The position numbers were made by a program, and so were the translations under genes. Positions 9,460 to 17,901 of a stretch of DNA of 64,000 nucleotides are shown piece by piece. The notes beneath the pieces are model-generated. The model made no database searches, was not told the DNA's origin, and saw nothing but the letters and a program-made list of their open reading frames with translations. The first letter of the stretch is position 1. Each line of letters starts with the position of its first letter. The DNA comes from an uncultured Gammaproteobacteria bacterium. GTDB lineage: Bacteria > Patescibacteriota > Patescibacteriia > UBA1558 > 2-01-FULL-52-15. The stretch covers positions 3,401 through 67,400 of the forward strand of contig CAYRBH010000005.1 of NCBI GenBank assembly GCA_964422585.1. Direction: 5' to 3'.

Positions 9460-10485
9460 GTGTATTTGGACCGCTATAATTTTACTTTCCCTAAGGCATT
9501 GATAGCCCAGAAGCCTGTGCATCCGCGTGATGCCGCGCGGCTTCTTATTTTCGATCGCAGAAAGAAGAAGACGGCTTTCGTAACCTTTAAGGATCTGCCC
9601 AAGTTCTTGCCTAGCGGATCCGTACTGGTCTTGAATCAGACCAAGGTCATCCCGGCGCGGCTGTTCGTGAAGAAAGAGACAGGCGGCAGGGTCGAAATAC
9701 TTTATCTGAGCACAGAGGGGAAGAACATCAAAGCATTAGCGAATAAGAAAGTAGCCATTGGAGCGCGACTCATCCTCTCCAAGAGGTTTTCTTTCGTTGT
9801 TATGAAGCAGGTAGGTTCAGAGTATTTCTTGAAGCCATCATTTCCTCTCAAAGAATTGGATGGCATTTTTGAACGATATGGGCATACTCCGCTACCGCCC
9901 TATATTAAACATTCACTGCTCTCAGAAAAGAAGTTGCGAGAGGAATACCAGACTGTCTTCGCGAAAGAAAGGGGTTCGGTCGCAGCGCCTACAGCTTCGT
10001 TGCACATTACGAATAGACTTTTGAAAGAGTTACAGCGTCGAGGTATCGCTGTAGTATATGTGACATTGCATGTCGGTCTTGGCACTTTTGCTTCAGTTAC
10101 TGAGCGGCACATACGCTCAAAGACATTGCACCATGAGCGTTATCATATCTCGAAAGAGGCTGCGACATTTTTGAATCGAGCCAAGAAAGAAGGACGGCCA
10201 ATCATTGCGGTGGGCACGACCGTTGTACGCACATTAGAGTCGTCGGCTAGTTCTCGTCGGCATTGTAGAGAGGCGGTATCCGGAGACACAAGCCTTTTCA
10301 TTCAGGAAGGCTATCAATTCAAGTTCATTGACGGCATGATCACGAATTTCCACGTGCCGAAGTCGAGTTTATTGATGCTTGTCTCCGCTTTCGTAGGACG
10401 TGCTCAGGTTTTGAAATTATATCGCCACGCTATTCGAAAGAAGTTTCGATTATTTTCATTCGGTGACGGGATGCTTTTGCTTTGA
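9460..10485 (+). CDS. queA: S-adenosylmethionine:tRNA ribosyltransferase-isomerase
   Basis: Collinear with E. coli QueA across its length: VIPARLF, GHTPLPPYI, YQTV, APTASLH, TLHVGLGTF, AVGTTVVRTLES, TNFHVPKSSLLMLVSAF, RLFSFGDGM. Confidence 0.93.
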   Translation: MYLDRYNFTFPKALIAQKPVHPRDAARLLIFDRRKKKTAFVTFKDLPKFLPSGSVLVLNQTKVIPARLFVKKETGGRVEILYLSTEGKNIKALANKKVAIGARLILSKRFSFVVMKQVGSEYFLKPSFPLKELDGIFERYGHTPLPPYIKHSLLSEKKLREEYQTVFAKERGSVAAPTASLHITNRLLKELQRRGIAVVYVTLHVGLGTFASVTERHIRSKTLHHERYHISKEAATFLNRAKKEGRPIIAVGTTVVRTLESSASSRRHCREAVSGDTSLFIQEGYQFKFIDGMITNFHVPKSSLLMLVSAFVGRAQVLKLYRHAIRKKFRLFSFGDGMLLL

Positions 10486-10866
10486 AATTGGGAAGGGTGT
10501 CCGCACCTCTTCCCGATAGGCCTTCTGGCTTTGGTTCGGTGCAGACACCCTTTGTGCCCGTGCGCGCAAAGTCCCTGTGGACTTAAGCTAACGAACGGCA
10601 CGCGTCATGGAAATTTTACGAGCGGCGCATGATCGCTCTGGCGACCTCCTTCCGACGTTGCGGTCCGTCGTGTTCGTGGGAACAATAGTTGCACACCCAG
10701 CTTCCGGCCTATCAGCGGTGCGTCCGCTTTGCCGTAGGCACACAATGCGCAGAGCTGCTGTTCACGCGTGTACATAACAGAATAGACTCTTCTTTTTTTG
10801 TTGTCAATTACATCAATACAGGCACGCAGTACCATGGACTAAGCTCGCATATGCTATACTGCATAC

Positions 10867-11697
10867 ATGCACAGAACAGCAACAGCCCGAGAGATACGAA
10901 CATTTCGAAAGCTTCTCTACGATTTTTTCAAAAAAGAGGGGCGAGACTTGCCTTGGAGGAACACGAAAGACCCCTATCATATCCTTGTTTCGGAAATAAT
11001 GCTGCAGCAAACCCAAGTCGATCGAACGATACCAAAATTCAAGGAGTTTATTCGCACATTTCCTACGGCCCAGAAACTTGCCACGGCCTCGACTAAGAAA
11101 GTGCTGCAAGTTTGGCAAGGAATGGGCTATAACAGGCGAGTGTTGAATCTGCAGAAAGCAGCACAGGCTATCGTGACGCGCTATGCAGGCACGGTGCCGC
11201 ACACGATCGAGCAGTTGGTTGATTTACCGGGCATCGGTCCCTATACTGCGCGAGCCATCATGGCTTTTGCATTCGATCAGCCGGTGGTCCTTATAGAGAC
11301 CAATGTACGCACGGTGTACTTATATCATTTTTTCCCGAAGAAACAAAAGGTACGTGATGATGTTCTAATGCCTTTGATCGAGCAAACACTCGATAGCAAG
11401 CATCCGCGTCAATGGTACTCTGCTCTGATGGACTATGGCTCGTATTTGAAAAAGACAGTACCGAATCCTTCTCGCAGGAGCATACATCATACGAAGCAAT
11501 CGAAATTCGAAGGCTCACTTCGGCAAGCGCGGGGCGCTGTGCTGCGTTCACTACTTGGGACGAGTCAGCTTTCAGCCGAACAGATAGCTCATGCATCAGG
11601 TATCGAAGCGCCTCGAGTTCGTGAAGCACTTGCTGCGCTCCGGGCAGAGGGGATAGTGATGTTCGGCAAGAAAGGCTATCACTTGGTTGAGCACTAG
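10867..11697 (+). CDS. HhH-GPD base-excision DNA glycosylase (MutY/EndoIII-like, no obvious Fe-S cysteine cluster)
   Basis: LPWRNTKDPYHILVSEIMLQQTQV and the helix-hairpin-helix LVDLPGIGPYTARAIMAFAF with a catalytic Asp region. The C-terminal part lacks the Cys-x6-Cys-x2-Cys-x5-Cys cluster. Confidence 0.8.
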   Translation: MHRTATAREIRTFRKLLYDFFKKEGRDLPWRNTKDPYHILVSEIMLQQTQVDRTIPKFKEFIRTFPTAQKLATASTKKVLQVWQGMGYNRRVLNLQKAAQAIVTRYAGTVPHTIEQLVDLPGIGPYTARAIMAFAFDQPVVLIETNVRTVYLYHFFPKKQKVRDDVLMPLIEQTLDSKHPRQWYSALMDYGSYLKKTVPNPSRRSIHHTKQSKFEGSLRQARGAVLRSLLGTSQLSAEQIAHASGIEAPRVREALAALRAEGIVMFGKKGYHLVEH

Positions 11698-11761
11698 GCA
11701 TACCTGCTCGCTTGACCCCCAGAGAGAGGCTGGCATATACTGAAGCTACCCAGTCAATCAT

Positions 11762-12196
11762 ATGCAGAACAAAAACATACAGCTCGTTCCGATCATGCTC
11801 CTCTATGCAGTGGCGTTCATGGTCACTGGATGCGCAACATCAACGAAACAAGCTCCTGCTGCAGCAGCGAGTCCTACGCAACAACAGAATACGAACACGA
11901 CTGCAGCGCCGGTTCAGCCAGGACCCAAGGAATTTTCGATCACTGCCTCGAATTTCTCCTATGACGTGAAAGAGATAGATGTGAACAAGGGTGACACAGT
12001 AACTATACATGTCAAAGATGTGGAAGGGTATCATGATTGGGTCATCGATGCGTTCAAGACCAGAACCAAACAGCTGCAGCCAGGCGAAACTGCTACGATC
12101 ACGTTCGTAGCGGATCAGACTGGCAGCTTCGAATATTACAGTAGTATAGGTCAGCAGCGATCGATCGGCATGACCGGGAAAGTAGTGGTCCATTAA
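11762..12196 (+). CDS. Cupredoxin-like lipoprotein with degenerate type-1 copper site
   Basis: Lipobox-like signal (...MVTGC). The C-terminal FEYYSSIGQQRSIGMTGKVVV aligns with the plastocyanin FYCSPHQGAGMVGKVTV loop, but the Cys and His copper ligands are replaced. Confidence 0.6.
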   Translation: MQNKNIQLVPIMLLYAVAFMVTGCATSTKQAPAAAASPTQQQNTNTTAAPVQPGPKEFSITASNFSYDVKEIDVNKGDTVTIHVKDVEGYHDWVIDAFKTRTKQLQPGETATITFVADQTGSFEYYSSIGQQRSIGMTGKVVVH

Positions 12197-12234
12197 ATAA
12201 TTCGAGGGCATAGTAAGTCGGACAGTATACGATT

Positions 12235-12957
12235 ATGATAGACACAGGTATCATCGGTATCGGAGTAGCTTTTGCCGGCGGGTTGGTCTCATTTTTTGCG
12301 CCCTGCATCTTGCCGTTGATCCCGGGGTTTCTGGCCTACCTTGCTGGCACCACGGTCGCTGGCGCTCAGGTCAAACGAAAAGACATGTTCATTCACAGCT
12401 TACTCTTCGTATGTGGGTTCTCATTGGTCTTTTCATTGCTTGGAGTATTGTTGAATACGGTGCTGCAACACGCCGCCTATAGCGTGCAAGAGTGGCTCTC
12501 GCGTATCGGTGGTATTATCATTATCTTTTTTGGATTATATATTACTGGTTTATTGCATATCGGATTTCTAGAGAAAACATTGAAGATACAAGTGCGAGAG
12601 AAAAGCAGCCGCTCTCGCTATGTGACATCCATACTGTTTGGCGCGGCCTTTGCTGCCGGCTGGACCCCATGCGTCGGCATTGCTCTCGGGGCTATTTTGG
12701 GTCTTGCCGCGTCACAACCAGGCATCTCATTCTATCTATTGTTGGCCTACTCTATAGGATTGGGCATTCCCTTCCTTATCGCTGGTGTCTTCGCAGCAGA
12801 AGTACAGCGGGGCTTGCACCGTCTTGGTGTGATCGCCCAGTATATTAATATTCTGTTTGGCATCATCCTTATCATCCTGGGTATCCTTATTTTCACTCAA
12901 AATCTTGCCCAAATCGCTAATTGGGATCTATTAAATCAAGTGCTATTAAGCAAATAA
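12235..12957 (+). CDS. ccdA: Cytochrome c-type biogenesis/thiol-disulfide electron transporter CcdA (DsbD beta-domain family)
   Basis: Six transmembrane helices with the two hallmark membrane-embedded cysteines, FFAPCILPLIPG and GWTPCVGIALG. Confidence 0.85.
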   Translation: MIDTGIIGIGVAFAGGLVSFFAPCILPLIPGFLAYLAGTTVAGAQVKRKDMFIHSLLFVCGFSLVFSLLGVLLNTVLQHAAYSVQEWLSRIGGIIIIFFGLYITGLLHIGFLEKTLKIQVREKSSRSRYVTSILFGAAFAAGWTPCVGIALGAILGLAASQPGISFYLLLAYSIGLGIPFLIAGVFAAEVQRGLHRLGVIAQYINILFGIILIILGILIFTQNLAQIANWDLLNQVLLSK

Positions 12958-12961
12958 TCCT

Positions 12962-14080
12962 ATGCAAGAACGAATTCGACTGCTGTTACTGTGCCTTGTT
13001 ATCGGGGTCATTATCGGGGCTATCGTCTATCTGCAAAAGCAGAAGGTAAATCCGATAGCAAGTTCTTCTGGTTCCCAGCAAGCAGCGATCGTTCCGAAAG
13101 GGCTCTCTATGACTGCGGCTGAAAAAGCTAAAAAATATCCTGTAGCGAAAGAGATCAGCACACCTGACGGATTCATCAATACTGACAAGATCAGTATCGG
13201 TGATCTGATCGGTAAGAAGGTCATTCTCGTCGATTTCTGGACCTATAGCTGTATTAATTGTCAGCGCACGACGCCGTATCTGAATGCTTGGTATGATAAG
13301 TATAAGGACCAGGGTCTCGAGATCATCGGTATTCATACGCCGGAATTTGATTTTGAAAAAAATTATGACAATGTAAAAAAAGCAGTCGAGAAAGAAGGTA
13401 TCAAGTTTCCGGTCGTTCTGGATAATGACTACTCGACCTGGATGGCCTATGGTAATGAGTATTGGCCGCGCAAGTACCTGATCGATATCGATGGGTATAT
13501 TGTCTATGATCATATCGGCGAGGGCGCGTATGACGAGACCGAGCAGAAGATACAGGCAGCTCTTGCTGAGCGTATGGCAGCTTTGAAGGAGAATGGCACG
13601 GTACAGTCGGGCCTTGTATCGCCAGATCATGTAGAGATCCCGAAGGCCCAAAGTCCCGAGACCTATTTTGGCGCATCGAGGAATAATCTGGGCTCGGGTA
13701 CTTCGCAGGCCGTTGGTGAACAGTCATTCACGAAACCAGCGAGTCTGGTCAATGATACAGGCTATTTGGTCGGGGATTGGGATATACAGAATGAGTATGC
13801 GCAGTCGAAAAGTGACAATGCGAGCGTACTATTCCGCTACACGGCTGAGAATGTCTATGTCGTCGCCAGTAGCGACACGCCTGTTCGGGCTAAAGTACTG
13901 ATCGACGGCCAGCCGGTAGGTGATCGAGCGGGTGCCGATGTCGGCAGTGATGGCTCGGTGATGATTAGCGGCGATCAGTTATTCGAGTTGGTAGCTGATC
14001 CGAAAGGAGTAGGCACCCATACCCTTGAATTGCAGATCGAGAAGCCAGGCGCCAAGGTATTCACATTCACTTTCGGATAG
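12962..14080 (+). CDS. Membrane-anchored thioredoxin-fold thiol:disulfide oxidoreductase (TlpA/ResA-like) with extra C-terminal domain
   Basis: N-terminal transmembrane anchor and a thioredoxin fold with WTYSCINCQ (CxxC) in TlpA-like context (VILVDFWTYSC..C). The start is 5 bp downstream of the ccdA stop. Confidence 0.8.
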   Translation: MQERIRLLLLCLVIGVIIGAIVYLQKQKVNPIASSSGSQQAAIVPKGLSMTAAEKAKKYPVAKEISTPDGFINTDKISIGDLIGKKVILVDFWTYSCINCQRTTPYLNAWYDKYKDQGLEIIGIHTPEFDFEKNYDNVKKAVEKEGIKFPVVLDNDYSTWMAYGNEYWPRKYLIDIDGYIVYDHIGEGAYDETEQKIQAALAERMAALKENGTVQSGLVSPDHVEIPKAQSPETYFGASRNNLGSGTSQAVGEQSFTKPASLVNDTGYLVGDWDIQNEYAQSKSDNASVLFRYTAENVYVVASSDTPVRAKVLIDGQPVGDRAGADVGSDGSVMISGDQLFELVADPKGVGTHTLELQIEKPGAKVFTFTFG

Positions 14081-14327
14081 AACAGTAGTATACTTACTAC
14101 GAGCGGACGAGATGTGAAGGCAACAGGGGGAAAAGTAAGCTATACGCCAACCTCCGGGGAACACCGCGCGATGTTCGCGGCCTCGAACAGGCAGGCACCT
14201 GACCGGCGTCTATCGCCCTTACACTTTCATATTTTTTCCGCGGAGGCTGCGTGACTTCGGTTGCGCAGCCTCAAACCTATTTAGAACTTGCGATTTTTCA
14301 CATCATAGGTTAGCCTATGTCAGTAAT

Positions 14328-14401
14328 GGGCCTATGGTCTAGTGGTATGACACGGCATTCGCATTGCTGAAGCGGGAGTTCGATTCTCCCTAGGTCCACC
14401 A
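14328..14401 (+). tRNA. tRNA-Ala (anticodon CGC)
   Basis: Hand-folded cloverleaf: acceptor GGGCCTA/TAGGTCC containing the G3:U70 alanine identity pair, anticodon stem CGGCA/TGCTG with loop TTCGCAT, T-loop TTCGATT, encoded CCA. Confidence 0.85.
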
Positions 14402-14433
14402 AAAATATTAATTCTCACAGTTGAGCACCGACT

Positions 14434-14784
14434 ATGAATGAGATGTTAAGAGATGCTTATCATGAAGGCGAGCCAGATCTTCACCTTGAGGAGGATAACT
14501 GGCTTGCATTGCCGGAGGAACTCAGAGAACGCATCGAAGGCTATATACAAGGCACCGCAGTTGACTGGAGCGAGGAAGAGCGGGTTCAGTTACAGCGCTA
14601 TTTACGATGGAATTTGATCTATCTGCATAAACTTATCTATAAGGAACAGCAAGAGCATGCGGCCGAAGGAACGGATGTTATAATGAAAGGGCTACTCGAG
14701 AGATATCAGGCGGTGCAGCGACGTATAGAGATGAAAGTGCTCGCGGATGCATTGCATCGTGAGCAGGAGAAAGAGCAGCAATGA
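14434..14784 (+). CDS. Hypothetical acidic coiled-coil protein
   Basis: 116-aa ORF with E/Q/R-rich heptad-like sequence. No family recognised. Confidence 0.35.
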   Translation: MNEMLRDAYHEGEPDLHLEEDNWLALPEELRERIEGYIQGTAVDWSEEERVQLQRYLRWNLIYLHKLIYKEQQEHAAEGTDVIMKGLLERYQAVQRRIEMKVLADALHREQEKEQQ

Positions 14785-14793
14785 TCTAAGAGT

Positions 14794-15285
14794 ATGGATT
14801 GGCAATTACTTTTCGGCCATAAAACAGTAGCTTTCTTCGACCTCTGGTCCATCGAGCATATCGTGAGCGGTATCTCATTCGGTTCCCTCGCCTTCCTGCA
14901 TACGCGTAAGAAATTCTCAAATGTCGTTGCTCAATTCGGCGCTACGCTTGAGCATCTCGCAGAGAAGCAGCGCGCTGTTCTCACGCGTTTCGACGTCATC
15001 ACTGTTCTCTTTATTGCTTATTTTTGGGAGACACTCGAGCACTATCTCGAGACAGGACTGCTCGGGCCCAAAGTAGTGTACTGGTTCCAGGGAGTGGAGG
15101 CTTGGGATAACCGTTTCATTTCGGATCCGTTGATGCTGCTGCTCGGCTATTGGATAGTGAAACGTTGGCCGAAACTTGTCTGGCCGGCGCGGATATTTTC
15201 TATCGTGTGGCTTTATTTCCACATTTTTGTTTTCCCGCATAGTATGTATCTGCAGGATATGTTGGACCGCATTCTGTACCATTGA
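14794..15285 (+). CDS. Hypothetical membrane protein
   Basis: 163-aa ORF with several hydrophobic helices, 10 bp after the preceding ORF. No family recognised. Confidence 0.35.
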   Translation: MDWQLLFGHKTVAFFDLWSIEHIVSGISFGSLAFLHTRKKFSNVVAQFGATLEHLAEKQRAVLTRFDVITVLFIAYFWETLEHYLETGLLGPKVVYWFQGVEAWDNRFISDPLMLLLGYWIVKRWPKLVWPARIFSIVWLYFHIFVFPHSMYLQDMLDRILYH

Positions 15286-15324
15286 TCGGCAGGCCTTTTT
15301 ACATGCTGGTACAGGCGTGTTAGG

Positions 15325-16701
15325 ATGCATCCATCTATGAAAAGATTCATCATACAGATTATACTCTTCTATCTTCGTTTCTGGGCCCGTCTCGCGATAG
15401 CAGTGCATCGGCCTCTAGTCATTGGTATCGCGGGTTCTGTCGGTAAATCATCGACGAAACAGGTACTGTTGGCAGCCTTAAGTTCTTTCGGTAAGACGAT
15501 TGCCACTCAGGGCAACTCAGAAACAGGCTTGCCGCTTTCTATACTCGGTGTGCAGGTGGATGGATATCGGATGCTTGATTGGCTTCGCTATTTGTGGCAA
15601 GCGCCATTCGGCATCTTTAACCTGGTCGGCGTTGACTATCTTATTGCTGAGATGGGCATCGATAGTCCGAGGCCGCCGAAGAATATGAGGTATCTCTTGA
15701 CGATCGTGGAGCCCGATATCGCGGTCATCGTCCAAGAATCAGCGGCACACACCGAGGAATTCGAACAGCTACTGACGCCGGAGGAGCGGAAGCATTTGTC
15801 AGACGAGCAACGTCTCCGGCGATTAGTGCAGTTTATTATTGAGGAAGATATAATGATGGCACAGACGCAGCGCTGTACCAAGGTCATCTATAATGCCGAT
15901 ACTGAGGAGCTCGCGGCAGCTATATCTCAAATCCAACATGGAGGTAAGAAGTTTTTTGCTTTCGGCGCTTCGAATCACATGGATGCCTACTATCTGACTA
16001 CAGCGACTTCTCTTGATGAAACGCGTTTCGATATGATGGTGCTGGGCGCTCCGGTAACGGTCAGGTATGCTAAAGCGGTGTTACCTCGTGAGTACCAGGA
16101 AGTGACAGCCGCGGCATTGCTGGCATGTGCAGTATTGGGGTTGAATGTGAATCAAGCTGCCGCCGCGATAGAAAAAACGGTATCCCTGCCAAAAGGCCGC
16201 GCAAGCGTGTTCAAAGGTATTGCTGCTTCGACCATACTAGATTCTTCATATAATGCTTCACGAGAATCAGTCATGGCTTTCCTGGATCTTCTGGAGCAGT
16301 TAAAGAAGCAGACAGGCAGTGTTGTTATCTTTGCTTGTGGAGATATGCGGGAGCTGGGAGCAGAAGCAAAGATTGAGCATGCGGCAGTAGCGAACAGGAT
16401 CCTCGAAGTCGTAGATATCGCTTATTGTGTTGGTGCTGTAACCAAAGATTATGTCATGCCGCTTTTGCAGGATAAAGTTCCATCGAAGTGGTTTCAGAAT
16501 GCTCGCGAGCTGGGGGCGCATTTGAAAGAGCATATGCCTCAGGGAGCAATTGTGCTTTTCAAAGGCTCGCAGAATACTATCTTTCTGGAGGAAGCCATCA
16601 AGGCTGTTCTTGCTGACCCGAACGACGAAAGAAAACTCTGCAGACAAGAGGAATATTGGTTAGCTATGAAGAAGCGGCTTGGTTTTCTGAACGAAGCATA
16701 A
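15325..16701 (+). CDS. murF: Mur ligase, MurF-like (UDP-MurNAc-tripeptide:D-Ala-D-Ala ligase), N-terminal domain reduced to a hydrophobic segment
   Basis: P-loop IGIAGSVGKSSTK, DSSYNASRES (MurF DDSYNAN-like) and C-terminal ACGDMRELG (MurF GDMLELG-like). The P-loop sits at aa ~35, so the ~80-aa N-terminal domain of canonical MurF is missing. Confidence 0.7.
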   Translation: MHPSMKRFIIQIILFYLRFWARLAIAVHRPLVIGIAGSVGKSSTKQVLLAALSSFGKTIATQGNSETGLPLSILGVQVDGYRMLDWLRYLWQAPFGIFNLVGVDYLIAEMGIDSPRPPKNMRYLLTIVEPDIAVIVQESAAHTEEFEQLLTPEERKHLSDEQRLRRLVQFIIEEDIMMAQTQRCTKVIYNADTEELAAAISQIQHGGKKFFAFGASNHMDAYYLTTATSLDETRFDMMVLGAPVTVRYAKAVLPREYQEVTAAALLACAVLGLNVNQAAAAIEKTVSLPKGRASVFKGIAASTILDSSYNASRESVMAFLDLLEQLKKQTGSVVIFACGDMRELGAEAKIEHAAVANRILEVVDIAYCVGAVTKDYVMPLLQDKVPSKWFQNARELGAHLKEHMPQGAIVLFKGSQNTIFLEEAIKAVLADPNDERKLCRQEEYWLAMKKRLGFLNEA

Positions 16702-17899
16702 GCGCTTTCTCAACAGCTTTTCGCTCATCCCATGTAATCTCGCCTTCTGCCATCGCGAGTGATTGTTCATGGCCTTTCCCAGCAAGAACGATCGTGTCGC
16801 CTGGTTTCGCTATCTGTATGGCGAAGTCAATAGCTTGTTGTCGGTCAGGAATAGCATAGAGCAACTTCATGCCCGCAGGGGCTATCGTTCCTGGGTCAAG
16901 TTTGGTAAACCCAGCAATGCCTTGCGCTATCATCGCATTGATAGCAAGCACGTTCTCATCGCGAGGATCATCGGCAGTCAGTATGATAGTCGAAGCATAG
17001 CGAGCGGCAGCTCGGCCCATATCTGGGCGTTTTTTCGTGTCGCGTTTGCCGGCTGAACCGAAGAGCACGATGAGTCTGCCTTTGGTGGTTTCTTTCGCTG
17101 CCCGGAATATATTTTCAAGCGCGTTCGGCGTATGGGCGAAGTCAACAATAATGCGGAAGTCCTGATCATACACAATTTCTTGCCTTCCTTTCGGTGCGGT
17201 GAATGACTGGAGGCTCTGCACAATATCCTGCTTCGCAAGGCCGAGTTTCTCGGCGGCTGCGTAGGCTGCGAGCGCGTTCATCACATTGAATGAGCCAAGC
17301 AGCTGAAGTTTGAAAGGGTATTTCATCGGGGTATACTTCGCCTTTTGATTCACCGCCGAGTAACTGATGATCTTATCTGATCTCAATGTGCGCACTAAGA
17401 GTTCATAGGACCGGTCATCATAATTGATAATGGCGGTGTCCGCTGCTTTCAGCAAGATACATTTAGCCTGTGTATACCGTTCATAGGTTTTGTGATAATC
17501 CAGATGTTCATTCGTGATATTCGTCAGGATGCCTATGGAGAAATGGATGCCAGCGACACGGTTCTGATCCAATGCATGCGAGGTCGTCTCAAGCACGGCG
17601 TAGGTGCAGCCTTTTTGGACCGCGGTTCTTAGTAATTTTTGCACGGTGAAGGAAGAGGGTGTGGTGACGTGCAGACCAATAGCATACTGCTCATCATTGA
17701 TCAGTGCTCCGACAGTGGTAATGACGATACCTTTCTTCCCGGAGTCGCGGAGTATGCGATAGAGCATATGCGCGGTCGTCGTCTTGCCGTCAGTACCGGT
17801 AATGCCTACGACGGTAAGCTTCCGCGAGGGGAATCCATAGATCAGATTGGCTAGACAAGCCTGGATCAGATGATAGAAATTTTTGATAGATTGCCACAT
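16664..17899 (-). CDS. murE: Mur ligase, MurE-like (adds diamino acid), lacking canonical N-terminal domain
   Basis: P-loop VVGITGTDGKTTTAHML at aa ~33 and the MurE-specific DNPR-like motif LTADDPRDE near the C-terminus. There is no ~90-aa N-terminal UDP-binding domain. Confidence 0.75.
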   Translation of the reverse strand: MWQSIKNFYHLIQACLANLIYGFPSRKLTVVGITGTDGKTTTAHMLYRILRDSGKKGIVITTVGALINDEQYAIGLHVTTPSSFTVQKLLRTAVQKGCTYAVLETTSHALDQNRVAGIHFSIGILTNITNEHLDYHKTYERYTQAKCILLKAADTAIINYDDRSYELLVRTLRSDKIISYSAVNQKAKYTPMKYPFKLQLLGSFNVMNALAAYAAAEKLGLAKQDIVQSLQSFTAPKGRQEIVYDQDFRIIVDFAHTPNALENIFRAAKETTKGRLIVLFGSAGKRDTKKRPDMGRAAARYASTIILTADDPRDENVLAINAMIAQGIAGFTKLDPGTIAPAGMKLLYAIPDRQQAIDFAIQIAKPGDTIVLAGKGHEQSLAMAEGEITWDERKAVEKALMLRSENQAASS

Positions 17900-17901
17900 A
17901 C

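Noticed and set aside
10605-10835. 76-aa minus-strand ORF (MVLRACIDV...YTREQQLCALCAYGK...) as a small zinc-ribbon or ribosomal protein
   Set aside because: It has only one CxxC pair, no match to any small ribosomal or Zn-ribbon family I can recall, and it lies in a GC-rich block where ORFs arise by chance. Kept only as part of the candidate-RNA region.
12492-12848. 118-aa + strand ORF inside ccdA in another frame
   Set aside because: It overlaps a confidently identified CcdA gene and has Trp/Tyr/Arg-rich odd composition.
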